DNA of 64,000 nucleotides, taken from Mantamonas sphyraenae STR306. Lineage: Eukaryota; Protista; CRuMs. The stretch spans positions 124,001-188,000 of the forward strand of contig JAPMXV010000054.1 of NCBI GenBank assembly GCA_026936335.1, given 5' to 3'. The position numbers were made by a program, and so were the translations under genes. Position 1 is the first letter of the stretch, and each line of letters opens with the position of its first letter. The notes under the pieces were generated by a model. That model saw nothing but the letters and a program-made list of their open reading frames with translations, did not search any database and was not told where the DNA came from. Below are positions 1 to 12,050 of the stretch, piece after piece.

Positions 1-2044
1 CTTCTTGGGCGGCGGGCTCTTGCTGGCCTCCACGCACACGTCCGACTTGCCCTCGCGGTCGTAGATGTGGAAGAGGTTGTGGTACGAGCCCGTGGCCATG
101 TGGCTTCCGTCGCCCGAGAACGAGCACTCAAACTTGTCAAAGATAAAGTCGTTCTCGTACAGGTCGCACAGCTTCGAGCGCAGGTGCTCGTGGATCTGGA
201 TCGTCTTGACCGGCTTCGACTCCTGGTTGATGTCCCAGATGCGCAGCGTCAAGTAGTCACGCGACAGGATGTACCGTCCGTCGGCGCTGAACTTGATGTC
301 CGAAATCGACGAGATGATCTCCGAGAAGAACGACTTGTTCCCCGGGTCCTCGTCCTCCTCAAAGATCTTTGCGTACTCGTCGCACAGAGCAGAGTCACGC
401 ATGTCCGCCAGCTTGATGCTGCCCTTGCTGCTGCTGTACATAAACACGTTGCACTGCTGCGGATGGAACTCGGCCGCCGTGATCACCTCTGTCAGTTCCT
501 CCATGTTTGCCGGCTTGATGTCCACAATGTCTGTGTGGTGTGTTGCCAGCGGCGCCCACGTGTTAGACACAGCCCACCACCATCACCCACCCACCCACCT
601 CCATCCCCCCAACTCACTGAAACTCTGATCATTAATCCCCAGATTCCAAAGATTAATGCGCAGATCATCTGCACTGAGGTACGTCTCGCCATCCGAGTTC
701 AACGAAATGCTGTTGATGTGATACGCATGCCCGTTGGCAAACACCTTGCGCGGCACCGCTGTGATCTGCGTCTCGTAGGTGTTCAACTTTGGGATCATCA
801 CACTGTCCAGAGCGCGCTGCCCGCCGCCGTAGCTTGACGACCCCTCCAGGTTGTTCGACGACACCTCCTTCACCTCCTTCTCGTACACTTTCCACAGCTT
901 GATCGTCTTGTCTGTGTGTGTGTGTGTGTGTGTGTGCGCGTGTGTGTGTGTGTTGTGTTGTTTGTCGCACCACCACGAATGTGTGAGTCTCCACCCGCTC
1001 CCCTTTCCCTTTTTCCCCTCCCTTCTGCCGTCCCCATTCCCATCCAAACACAACGCCTGCTGAGCCACCGCCCTCCCACACCACGCCCAGCATGCACTCG
1101 GTTGCCCATTGGCGCCCTGAGGCTGCCCTGGCCCACCCATGCGTGTGCTAGGCGCCCCGTTGCCCTTTCTGAGCAAAATGCAATCTCTGTCCAGGGGCGC
1201 CGCCCTTCCTTTGCGCCCCTTTGCACACACACACGTCCCCGCACTCGCTCGACCCGTCCATGGCTCGCCCCATGCACCCATGCATGCCTGGACGGCGGAT
1301 GTGTGGTTGGCAGCCGCTTCCTGTGCCGCCGTGGGGCGTGTTGCAGCGGGGCAGGGGCGACGATCAGGCGCAAAACCCTCTTTGGGTGTAAACTCACCGT
1401 TGGTAGACACCAGGTAGTGGGAGTCGTTCGTCGACGGCAGCCACTTGATCTTGTTGATCTTCTCCTCGATCTCCAGCGACTTGAGGTAGTCGAATTCGGG
1501 CTCGTGGGACTGAAACTCGGTGTAGAAGCGATACTCAAAGTTGGACGCCTTGCTCTTGCGGCCTGTGCTCTTGCCGCTCTCCTTGGCCCGCTCAAAGATC
1601 ACCACGCGTCCACCCTTGTCGCCTGTGGCAATGTAGTCGCCCGTGCGGTCGAACTCCACCGTCGACACAATGTCGGCTGTGCAAACGGGTCCACGGTCAG
1701 TGTGCAATCCCAATCCTCCCCTCTCTCCCGCTTTTTCCCGTTCTTTTTCTTTCTCCCCCCGTGTACGCCGGCTCCATTCCTCTCGCTGCCTCTCTGCACA
1801 CTCACCTTCGCTTGCCAGTCCCTCGTCGATGGCATCCCGGTCGCCAAACACCTGGGAGAACTTCCAGTCTGCGCGTGTGTGTCCTGCGTGTGAGTTTGGA
1901 TGTCGGCGCCCCTCCCGACCTTCTCGACGCCTCCTTTGCTCGCGCCCCACACGTCCCACACGCCCCACCGCTCTCCCTCCCACACGCCCCCGAGCCCCAT
2001 GCCCACCCACGCCACCTACCAAGGTCGCTTTCAGTTGAGGACAT
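1..2044 (-). CDS. PPP2R2/CDC55: Protein phosphatase 2A regulatory subunit B55 (WD40), multi-exon, 3' end truncated by the window
   Basis: Spliced exons read MSSTESDL|DWKFSQVFG...[29 protein letters not shown]...[25 protein letters not shown]...STN|DKTIKLWKV...[28 protein letters not shown]...[23 protein letters not shown], which are B55 hallmark motifs. ATG at 2044 is followed by an exon ending at a GTAGGT donor. Confidence 0.96.
912..951. repeat. (GT/CA)n microsatellite in an intron (similar tracts near 13024, 13955, 16620, 18460, 20900, 47690)
   Basis: Directly visible dinucleotide tract near the splice acceptor. Confidence 0.9.
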
Positions 2045-2113
2045 GCTTCTGAATTCGCTTGCACGCGCCCACGCCGCCACGCCCCGGCCCAAACCAACCC
2101 AAAACCTGCGCTC

Positions 2114-4595
2114 ATGAGTGACAACGTCATCCGCGTGGAGCCCACACACGGCACCACCGCCAACGACGACGACGACGACGAGTCACCCACCGGCACCACC
2201 ACCACCACCACCACCACCACCACGCCGTCCATCCTCAACAACGGCGACGAGCCGTTGGACGACGAGGACGAGGAGGACGAGGAACTGGACGAGGCGGAAC
2301 CGTCGGAACTGGAACCACTGTCGTCGTCTGCCCATGTGGAGCATGTGAATGCGGACGACAGGACACGTGGGGCACAGGGAGAGGCAGAGGAGCCTTCGCT
2401 GGAGGGTGGCGCAGGGGTAGGCATTGGCAACATGCCACATGTGTCTGCAGAGGGCGCAGGGGCATTCACAGACGAGGCGTTTCCTGGCACGTTGAAGCTT
2501 GTGTCGGACGCACGGCTGACCATCCAGGAGCTGCTCAACAAACACGAGGTCATGGGACCCATGATCCGTCGCATCTGGTGCCAGTTTGCCTACGATTACA
2601 ACCAGGCCTCCCTGGGCTTTCAGGTCGAGGTGCTTCTTGAGCACAAGGCCACAGGTCGCCGCTTTGAGCTGCTTGGCGACAAACTCCGCGAGCTGCTGGA
2701 CGTCGATCACGACAACTACGTTCAATTCTACGGCATCTACGACAAGGACCTCTCCGCCTTTAACGTCTACCTCCAAGCATTCAACACAGACTTTGTCGTC
2801 CTCCCTGGCGACGCTGTCATCCTCGACATGTACCCCAATCTCCTCGACGAGGTACGCACATCATTTTCCCTCCCCTCCCGCCACAATTCGCCTCTCATTT
2901 CCCCTTCCCCCCCATGGTCCCCCTCCCCCAATCCACGCCCCCTCTCCCTCTCTCCCCCTGCTCACCCCCTTTGCCCTCATTCCCGTCCCTGATTCATGGC
3001 CTTGCGTCCCCACCCACACCAGAGCGAGGTGGACCTGGAAACCGATTACATGGCAGACGAATTCCTGAAAGGAATTGCCGAGGTGCTGGAACGCGTGTGG
3101 AGCTTTGTGGACTCGGACACGCTGGTGAGCTGCTCGATGGTGTGCAAGTATTGGCGACAGCTGTTGATGGAGAACGATGAGTTGTGGAAGCAGACGTGTG
3201 TGCGGGAGGGACTGTGGACGGACGAGTACGATCCCCGGCAGCAGACGCGGCAACAAACGCAGTACTACGACCAGTGGGGCTCCTACCTCTACGTGACCCC
3301 AGAGACGGTGACTGTGCCCACGCAACGTTACGACCAGTTTGGCAACTATGTGGACACGTTGTTTCCGAAGGACCACGCCCAGTACGTGCCTCCGCCGAAA
3401 GATCCAAGTGTCACTGAAACAGGTCTCATCGAACGCTGGGAGCCACCCACGGACTTCCGCCTGGTGGCCATTCGATACTACAACGCACGTCGCAACGTGC
3501 CAGCGCTGCTCAAGTTGATGGGCAGCACAGACCTGGCGAACAAGACGCCTCGCGATGGGGCCGACCTTGTCAAGGAACTCAACACCATGGGCATGTACTC
3601 TATCAAAGGCTTCCGCATTCCCGAGGATGTGTTTTACTACCTGCGCCTTGCAGACGGGGTACACGCAGATGGGAGGCGAATTGACCTGCACCAATGTCGC
3701 ATCGGGCCGCTTCAGCATGTGGAACCGCACCAACCGCAACCTGGCCGATCTCTACGAACAGGACGAGGCGTTGTGGCTGGACACCTGGAGTGTCATCGAC
3801 AACAACTGGCTGCGTGTGGCAGAGAGCAACACCAACAACGGCTCCATCTTTCTGGCCAACTGCGACTCGGCCAGCCCCTTTTTCGGCCACGTTGTCCTCG
3901 AGACCCCCTCCCGCCCAGGCTTCATCATGCTCCCATCCTTCACCCAGATGCTCGAGTACATGGCTCTGCGTCGCCTGGTCTTTGCCGCCCCGTCCTCTGT
4001 CAACAGCTACCCCTCCCAATCCCTGCCCGAGTTTGTTGCCAAACACCTCGCTGCACACCTCCTCTCTGTGCACCCAGACCTGAATCTCGAGGCCTTTGCC
4101 AATGGTGACGCAAAGGCTGCTGCTGCCGGTGCCTCCTCCTCCTCCTCCAACACCACCACCACCCCACCTGCCGTGGTCGACCAGGGTGCAGGTGTCTCTG
4201 TGCAGAGTGTGGAAATCGAGAGCATTGCCAGCGATGACGTGGTTGTCACAGACGCCGCCGCCGACACGGACATCCCAGAGCCCCCCACCTCGACCACCCT
4301 GCCCGAAGCCCTGCAGGGCCTCCCGTGTGCAGCCGAGTTTGCACGCCTGCAACGCTTTGTCATCGACATGACCGGTGCCAAGACCATGGCTCTCGTCGAG
4401 ACACAGACCACCACGGCCATCCACGCCGTCGCAGACCCTGAAACCATTGCCAGCTACGGCTACGAGACATCGGTGCCCCAGGACATTGCCAGTCGCGCCG
4501 CCCTGCGCAAGGAGCTCGAAAAGTTGTTTGAGAGCAGCGGTGCACAGCGTGAGCGCATGTGGAAGGAGCAGAACAGCACCTGTGTGCTCTTGTGA
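2114..4595 (+). CDS. F-box protein with SMI1/KNR4(SUKH)-like segment and C-terminal CaaX (CVLL); intron 2852-3022; apparent 1-nt frameshift at about 3656-3659
   Basis: F-box-like IAEVLERVWSFVDSDTLVSCSMVCKYWRQLL...LWK; FRIPEDVFYYLRLADG resembles the SMI1/KNR4 LPEDY..FL...DG motif; ends in CVLL-stop. Coding-like sequence switches frame at a GGGG run. Confidence 0.65.
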
Positions 4596-4749
4596 GGTGA
4601 GGTCTTGACGAGGAATAGACTGCAAGCCCACCCCCCCCCCCACCCCATCCCATCCAGACCATCCTACCCCTCATCCCCAACGTCCTGGTCACACCTGAAC
4701 CCTTCCCCCCCCTCCCCCCCATCCCATCCCACCCAACCAACCCCCAAAC

Positions 4750-6577
4750 ATGACCACCATCACCTCGGATTGGCTCCAAACCGCCTTGAAGGAGCTCCAA
4801 TCATCCAACAAGCACCTGAACCACCTTGTAGACACCTTCCACTTTGTCCAGGTACGTCTCCTCCCCCCCCAGCCTCCCCCCCACACCGCTCACCAATCCC
4901 ACCCCTCCCCCCCTCAATTCCCCCAACCCCCAACCCCAGACCTCCTCCGACAAAGAACTCATGCTTGAGGCTCTGCAAACACTGTACAAAATGCTGGCCC
5001 ACCTTTGGACCACAGGTCTGCTGGAACAAGGCTCTGTGCGTGCGCAGAAAAAGGCCAAAAAGTCCGCCGCCTCGTCCTCCTCGTCCTCCTCCTCCTCCTC
5101 CTCCTCGACGCAAGCAGCGGCTGGATGGGCCATGAGCCAATACCACGCGGTGTACACGTTCCTGTGCGACTCGATTGTATCGGAATCGACGTCTGGTCTG
5201 GATCTGGACGTGGACGCCCTGGCTGTGTTTTGCCAAGTGGGCATGCGTCTGCTGCGGCATGAAGCCGAGTCCGGCGGCGCCCTTTCCTACCCTGCGGCGC
5301 GTCTGCAAGAGTTGTTGGGTGCTGTGTGTGCCAAAGAGGATGTGAGTGAGCAGCTGCTGCAGTTTATGCTGGACACCTATCTCAACGCCCAGGCAGACAC
5401 GCTCCTGTACACCCTGCGCACCTTGCCCCGCCTCCTTGCCGACGATGCAGACATCACCTGTGTCCACTACCTCCTTGCAAGCATCGACATGCCACGCACA
5501 CAAACACAGCTGGCTGCCCTTGAAGACCATCTCCCTTGGGACTCCCCACCGGGTGCCCCCCACCCGGACACCTCTTCCTCCTCCTCTTCCTCCCGCAAGA
5601 AGCGCAAGGCATCCAACTCCAACCCATCCACCAGCACCAACGCATCCACACAAAACCACCCCATCCACTCTCTCCAAGACCTGCGCAAGGAGTACACCAC
5701 CGCCTGGCTTGCCCTGTTGAAATCGCCTCTGCTTACGGTGGACCTGTACAAACACATCCTGTCCTCCCTCCACGATGACATCCTGCCCAACCTCACCTCG
5801 CCCCTCCTCCTCATGGACTTTCTCACCGATTCGTACAACCAGGGTGGCGTGGTGGCCATCCTTGCCCTCAATTCCCTCTTTGAACTCATCACCAAACACA
5901 ACCTGGACTACCCCGACTTTTACCCCAAGCTGTATGCCCAACTCAACCCGTCTGTCCTTCAGGCCAAACACAGGGCACGACTCCTCCAACTCACCGATCT
6001 CTTTCTCACCTCCACCGTCCTCCCGGCCTACCTTGTCGCTGCCTTTGCCAAACGCCTCGCCCGCCTGGCCCTCACCGCCCCTGCCCCTGCCGTCCTCATG
6101 ATCCTTCCCATGATCTTCAACCTGCTGCAACGACACCCGTCCACACGTGTGCTCATCCACGCAGACTCCTCCCACGACGACCCGGCCTACCACGACGCCG
6201 ACGACGACGCCGCCCTTGCCTCTGTCCACATCAGTTCCGAACGCGGCCTGGTCCTCACACGCAAGGCTGACCTCGACACAGAGCCCCTCCTGGCCGAGGA
6301 TCCCTTTGATGAGGACACCGACGACCCTGCACACACCCACGCCCTCGACTCCTCCCTCTGGGAACTCCTTGCCCTGGAGCAACACTGCTCCGTACAGGTC
6401 TCCCGCCTCCTGCGCATGTTCCGCAATCCAGCCTCCTGGAAGGAACGCCTCAACGTCGCCAGCAACGCCTCGGCCTCCTACGCCTCCATGGTCCAGGACA
6501 CCCTCCAACGCAAGTGGAAACGAGGCCTTCCTCTCCGTGGCGAATGGATCCCTCTCACCCTTGATTCCTCAGCCTGA
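4750..6577 (+). CDS. NOC4: Nucleolar complex protein 4 (CBF/Mak21 domain); intron 4852-4939
   Basis: LMDFLTDSYNQGGVVAILALNSLFELITKHNLDYPDFYPKLY...FLTSTVLPAYLVAAFAKRLARLAL...ALDSSLWEL is typical of Noc4. Confidence 0.93.
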
Positions 6578-7665
6578 ATGAACAACCTTCTCCTCAACCC
6601 CACCCCCACCCCCTCCATCCCCACCATGCTCCACACACGCATCGAACGTGGGTATGCCTCGAAATCCACCATAGCCACATCTGCAGTGCCCTCGATGCTC
6701 ACCAACTCGACCCTTTCCCTTCCCATCATCGCTGTGGTGTTTGGTCCACGATGCGCACGCACCAACTCCCCGCTCTCCACGTCCCACACCTCGAATGGGT
6801 TCAATGCCCCCTTCCCTCCTTGCACCATCATCTGGTTCTGCCCAAACATCACCCCGTGGTGTCCATACCTCTCCGGGCCGTCGCTCAACTCCCGAACCAG
6901 CCTCCACGCCTCCCCCTCCATCCCATACCGCCACAACCCGCCATGCACACTCTCCACGTTGCCTCTTTCACCCACCTTCCTTCCCCCAAATAGCACCAAT
7001 TCCTGTCGTTCCCCATTCCACAGCAGTGTCGCCCCCTGCCTTGCCCCCACCTCCTCCCCGCCGCGATTGCCCAGCTCCCTCCACGTCCACACTCCATCCA
7101 CCTGCTCCAACACGTGCATTTCCATCTTTGTCACCGTTTTGTATCCCACATCCGCCTTTCCGCCTGCCACCACCACTCTGTCCCGGTCCAACTGCACCAC
7201 CATCGGCTGCAGCCTTCGCGCCGGCCCTCTGCCCACCAACTCGGTCGTGCCTGTCTCGTTTGTCGCCCAGCTCTCCTCCAACGACTCTCCCTGCAATCGC
7301 ACAAACTCCACACACTGCGACGCATACTGTGTGTGCCGAGCCATGCCCCCCAACACAACCAGCAAGTTGTCCTCCACCAGCGCAAGCGACACTTGCGACC
7401 GCCCATGCAAGCCCCTGTGCACACCAATCTCCACAAACGCACCCGTCTCCACATGCACTCCAAACAGTTGTGCGTCTGCCTCTGCGCTCGAACTCAACGG
7501 TTTGTTGCAGAACAGCACCGCCTTCCACATTGGCACATAAACACACGACCCCTCCCCGCTCGGGTGGAAATGCATCTCATGTGCCTCCCCCTCCACCACC
7601 ACAACACCCTCCTCCATGTCTTCCACTCCATCGTCCACTCTCTCTCTCGAGGAATTCCCGCCCAT
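6478..7665 (-). CDS. Kelch-repeat beta-propeller protein
   Basis: Repeated GG blades with downstream Trp (LVVLGG, VVVAGG...WTW, LVLFGG...W, MMVQGG...W) and R.GH motifs. The ORF tail overlaps the NOC4 3' end by 100 bp. Confidence 0.75.
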   Translation of the reverse strand: MGGNSSRERVDDGVEDMEEGVVVVEGEAHEMHFHPSGEGSCVYVPMWKAVLFCNKPLSSSAEADAQLFGVHVETGAFVEIGVHRGLHGRSQVSLALVEDNLLVVLGGMARHTQYASQCVEFVRLQGESLEESWATNETGTTELVGRGPARRLQPMVVQLDRDRVVVAGGKADVGYKTVTKMEMHVLEQVDGVWTWRELGNRGGEEVGARQGATLLWNGERQELVLFGGRKVGERGNVESVHGGLWRYGMEGEAWRLVRELSDGPERYGHHGVMFGQNQMMVQGGKGALNPFEVWDVESGELVRAHRGPNTTAMMGRERVELVSIEGTADVAMVDFEAYPRSMRVWSMVGMEGVGVGLRRRLFIQAEESRVRGIHSPRRGRPRFHLRWRVSWTMEA

Positions 7666-7695
7666 GTCAATCCCGGTTTTGTTTCTTTGCCGCCC

Positions 7696-9852
7696 TCATC
7701 GCCCTCCCTCAACCACAAACTTGCCCATGAAATCAGGCCGGATCTCCAACAGCCTCTTCAACGTCTCCGACTCCAACGCAGCATCAATCCCATCCTCCGC
7801 CGTTGCCTGGTGAGCCACCGTGTGGATCACGGCTGCCGTGGCACGCGTCCTGGCACCCCCATCCCCTGCCCGCAGCGCACCCAGCACATGCTGCACATCC
7901 ACCTCATCCTGTGCATTCATGCGCAACAGCCTCCAGAATGGCTGCCAGTTGCTGCGTGCCAGAATGGCATCCGACACGCTGTCTCTGGCCCCTGCCAACG
8001 CACGGTTCGACATGGCGATGCTCCGCTTGTACATCCCAATTGCCCCGCTGCGATCCCCAGCAGCCTCCAGGGCCAACCCCAACCAAAAGTACGGCATGGG
8101 CTTGTGTGGAAAGTTGCTGATCACCTTGCGCTGCAGGTACGTCGCCGTGTCTGGATGCATCGTCCGCCCAATCAGCTCGTGATCCCGCATCAGCTGCGCC
8201 GGACTGTACATGTCTGGAAACAGGGTGCGCAGAATGGGCAGGTACTCAGGGTACCGTTCCTTCTTCCGCATCTTGCTGGCCTCCTTGTACCTGTAAAACA
8301 CCATAAACGCATGCAGCTTCCTCGGCACCAGCCCATGCCTCGAGATGGTGATCCAAAACACCCAATCTTCCGATCCCCACGGCATCTGCGGCTCAAACCC
8401 TCCGCTTGCCACCCACAGCTCACGCGAAAACAGACTCATCGTCGGCCACGGCCCCTCCGACAACAGCCGCTGCGGCTGGTACTCCGGCACAATCCACTCC
8501 CCATACCTGTTCTGCGCCTTGAACTCGTCCTTGTAGTACAGCTGGTCCGCATAGATCAGATTCACCGTCGGGTCGCTGTACGCAACCATCATCGCCTCCT
8601 TCAGGTAGTCGTTCCGGATCATGTCGTCGCCGTCCAGGCAGCACACCCACTGCCCCGTGCTCATCTTGATGCCCAGATTCCGTGCTGCCGCTGCCCCTTT
8701 GTTGATGCTGTCGTGCACAATGCGAATGTTGTGATAGTGTGGCCAGTGCGTGGCCTTCAACAGTTGCGCGTGCTCTGCACACCGTTCCGGGGACCCGTCA
8801 TCCACCACCACCAGCTCCCAGTGCTTGTATGTCTGTGCCACCACGCTGTCCATTGCCTCGTACAGATGCTGGCTGTGTCCGTAGCATGGCATGATGATCG
8901 ACACCAGCAACCGTTCGCTGCTACCACTCTGCACCGTCGACACACTCCTTCTACCCTGCACCACCCTCAGTCTCCCCACATGTTCCTCCTCCTTGCGTGT
9001 GTTCCCCCCTCCGCCTCCTCCGTGTGTCTCCTTCTCCGTCCTCACCCCGTCCTTCACCCCGTCCGTCACTCCGCCTTCCTCTCCTCCCTTTCCACCCCCA
9101 CCACCACCCGTCCCCTTGCCCACAGACCCCTTCTCCTCCTTCCATACACCTGTGCTGCGTCTCACCTGCAGAAGCATCGACGATCGCACATTGTCCCTGT
9201 TAAACACCTGCACCGGCGTGTGCAGCGACAGCCTTTCCGCTTCCGACCCAATCCCTGCCTCATTCCCACTCTCCTCTTGTGACACGGACGACGAAGGCGC
9301 ATGCAGAGGCGATGTGCTGCTTGGTCCATGCGCTGACGGCGCGTCCCTCCCCGGCAACTGCCTCCCTGCTGCTCCTGCTTCTGACGTGGCGCTCATGCTC
9401 CTTCCGTCCGACCTCCTGTGCACTCCTGGTGGGCCTCCTCCTTGCCTTCCATTCCCATCTCCTGCCCCCAGGTCGTGTCGAGTGTGGCCCACACTCACAA
9501 AAGGCTGTGCGTCTCCCCGTTCCTCCTCCACTCGAAACAGCTCCGGCTGCTTGCTCACCGGATGGTGTCTCACTGCCGGGCCCTTGCTTCTCATCCACAG
9601 ACTACGCACACCCACAAACACCCCAAACAGCACCAATTGCACCCCACACAACAACACCAACTGCTTCAAGCCGCGCATGAACCACCCTGGTTGCAGCCTG
9701 CCCCTCGTTCCGTTCTCCTTTGTGCTGCCGCTCCCGCTGCTCATTCCTCGCCTTCTGCGCACGTGCACACTCTTCTTGCCCATCCGACGCTTCCGCCGCA
9801 CTGCATGTGGCGATGTACCGTGCTGTTGCGTCCCATCCACCCGCACATCCAC
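7696..9852 (-). CDS. Type II membrane glycosyltransferase family 2 (GT-A) with C-terminal TPR-like helices
   Basis: N-terminal TM (LVLLCGVQLVLFGVFVGV), low-complexity stem, VSIIMPCY...SVVAQTYKHWELVVVDDGS, GAAAARNLGI, CLDGDD (DxD), GGF...SEDW; TPR-like YFWLGLALEAAGDRSGAIGMYKRSI. No intron apparent. Confidence 0.88.
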   Translation of the reverse strand: MDVRVDGTQQHGTSPHAVRRKRRMGKKSVHVRRRRGMSSGSGSTKENGTRGRLQPGWFMRGLKQLVLLCGVQLVLFGVFVGVRSLWMRSKGPAVRHHPVSKQPELFRVEEERGDAQPFVSVGHTRHDLGAGDGNGRQGGGPPGVHRRSDGRSMSATSEAGAAGRQLPGRDAPSAHGPSSTSPLHAPSSSVSQEESGNEAGIGSEAERLSLHTPVQVFNRDNVRSSMLLQVRRSTGVWKEEKGSVGKGTGGGGGGKGGEEGGVTDGVKDGVRTEKETHGGGGGGNTRKEEEHVGRLRVVQGRRSVSTVQSGSSERLLVSIIMPCYGHSQHLYEAMDSVVAQTYKHWELVVVDDGSPERCAEHAQLLKATHWPHYHNIRIVHDSINKGAAAARNLGIKMSTGQWVCCLDGDDMIRNDYLKEAMMVAYSDPTVNLIYADQLYYKDEFKAQNRYGEWIVPEYQPQRLLSEGPWPTMSLFSRELWVASGGFEPQMPWGSEDWVFWITISRHGLVPRKLHAFMVFYRYKEASKMRKKERYPEYLPILRTLFPDMYSPAQLMRDHELIGRTMHPDTATYLQRKVISNFPHKPMPYFWLGLALEAAGDRSGAIGMYKRSIAMSNRALAGARDSVSDAILARSNWQPFWRLLRMNAQDEVDVQHVLGALRAGDGGARTRATAAVIHTVAHQATAEDGIDAALESETLKRLLEIRPDFMGKFVVEGGR

Positions 9853-10242
9853 CCCTCCCGCGTGTCAGTACACCGTTCCCAGCCCGTCTTATCCGAAATG
9901 GCCCCATGAGGAAAAAAAGGGACGTTGGCCTTCGTCTGCCCTGTCTCCCACACCCGACCCTCCACCCACCCACCCACCCACCCACCCATCCACCCATCCC
10001 CCCTCTCTCCAACTGCACACCCCACCCAACCAAATCCATCGTCCTCCCTCGTCCCACCTCCTCCCCCCAACCCCCAACCCCCCACCCTCCACACACTCAC
10101 CCCAATCAAAGCATCCTCCTCATCAAAAGACGAGTACTCATCCACATCATCCTCCAGCCTCATTCTCCCATGAACCTGAATGGTGAGAGATGACGAATTG
10201 GGCCTCGCAGCGCACCCCAACACAACTCCCACCTGCACCACC

Positions 10243-12050
10243 ATGCAATCCATTGTCCGCCGCAAATCCACAAAGCAGCAGGTGTTTGGCTCCCATGGCC
10301 TCAACATGTACACCTTGCCTCCCATCCACGACATCTCCCTCGAGGATTTCGAGCGCAGTGCCTTTGATCGTCTCCAGGTTCTCAAGGCCATCGAGAACCT
10401 CCGCAACAGCGGCTACAACTCGCACCAGAAGGAGTTTAAGGACAAGCTCAAGATCAAGCTCACCAAATACCTCCCTTCCTCCTCCTCTGCCGCCTCTGCC
10501 TCTGCCTCCTCCTCCTCTGCACCCGCCACAAAGCCCCACAAGCTCAAGGACACCATCTCTCATCACATCCTCAAACTCGCCTACTGCCGCACGTACGTCC
10601 CACCCTCCCCATTTGCTCCCCCCCCACCACCACCACCTTGCCCTTCTTTGTTCACTCACACTCCCTCCCACATATCACAGCGAGGAACTCCGCCGCTGGT
10701 TCCTCACCCAGGAGTGCGCCCTGTTCAAGTGAGTGCTTTTCGCGCCAAAATTCGCTCGCTTTCCCGACACCCGCTCACACTCACCCTCTTGCCCCGGCAT
10801 TCCCAGGTACCGCTTTGACGAAGCAGACGCCTCCCAGGTCGAGATCTTTCTCGAGGACAACGACCTTCACTACCCGACTGTGCGTTGTGCCTTGCGCGTC
10901 GTCGCCGCGCTGATCACACCTCCCGCGTTTCCCGCCAAAAATCGAAACACACTCACCCTCGCTCCTCCCCACACCGCAGATCCCCGACGAGGAATACGAC
11001 GAGATCCGCGAGCAGCTCGAGAGTGTGTATGCAGACGACAAGTACCACGAGCCAGGCAAATACTTCAAAGTGCCGTTTGAAGAGGCACCCAGTCTGGTCA
11101 AGCATCGCCGTGTCTTTCTCCGTGCCGGCTGGGCCTATGTGCCCCGCTACGAGCTCTCCACCATTGTGGTGGGCCAGTTCCGCGCTCGCCTCTCCCAAGG
11201 GCTGGCAGAAACCAGCAGGAGCATCCCTCGTGTCCACCTGGACGAGCGCCTTCGCCCCGTCCTCCTCAATCTCAGCAAGCAGCACCTGCACACAGACTAC
11301 AAGGGCAACGCAAGCGGCCATGTCAGCCTCAACGAACTCGATGAGCTCGCAAAGGGCGCCTTTCCCCTCTGCATGCGCACCATGCACGAGCACCTCAAGA
11401 ACAACCACCATCTGAAACACTTTGCCCGTCTCCAGTACGGCCTCTTTCTCAAGGGAATCGGCCTCAGCCTCGACGACGCCATGCAGCTCTGGCGCCGTGA
11501 GTTTACCAAAAAGATGTCGCTGGAAAAGTTCAACCGAGGCTATGCCTACGGCGTGCGCTACAACTACGGCATGGAAGGCAAGCGCATCGACTGGACTCCC
11601 CACTCTTGCATCAAAATCATCACCGGCGTCGCTGCTGGCCCAGGCACCTCTCACGGGTGTCCCTTTCGCAACTGGAACGCACAGCACATCCGCTCCGAGT
11701 TTGCCAAGAAGGGGGCCAACCGCGAAAAGGTCGACGAGGTCATTTCCCTTGTCGAGCGCAAGCACTTTCAGATCGCCTGCCGCGCCTACTTTGACCTCAC
11801 TCACCCAGATGCAGACGCCTCATCCGTTGGCAACCATCCCAACGCCTACTTTGACGCTGCTCTCGCAGACATCCGCGCCAAGAAGGGGCTGAAGGCCTCC
11901 TCGATGGATCTTGACGACAAGGCTGCCTCCAGCAGCAGCAGCAGCAGCAGCAGCAGTGGCAAGGACGAGCCCACCTCTGAAGCCGATCCCAGCACACAGG
12001 ACACGCAGAGCTCTGGCGACAACGACTCTGGAATGACCTTGGAAGAGTAG
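10243..12050 (+). CDS. PRIM2: DNA primase large subunit, multi-exon
   Basis: PPIHDISLEDFERSAFDRLQVLK, KDTISHHILKLAYC, FPLCMR...HHLKHFARLQYGLFLKGIGL, YNYGMEGKR...SCIKII...HGCPF...IAC (4Fe-4S cysteines), HPNAYF. Confidence 0.97.

Noticed and set aside
583-2574. 663-aa ORF as a single protein
   Set aside because: Read-through of B55 exons plus stop-free introns; splice sites explain the real structure.
7114-9282. 722-aa His/Pro-rich plus-strand ORF and similar long ORFs (25324-27465, 41542-43470, 58161-59699)
   Set aside because: Shadow frames opposite recognisable genes, expected in GC-rich, skewed DNA.
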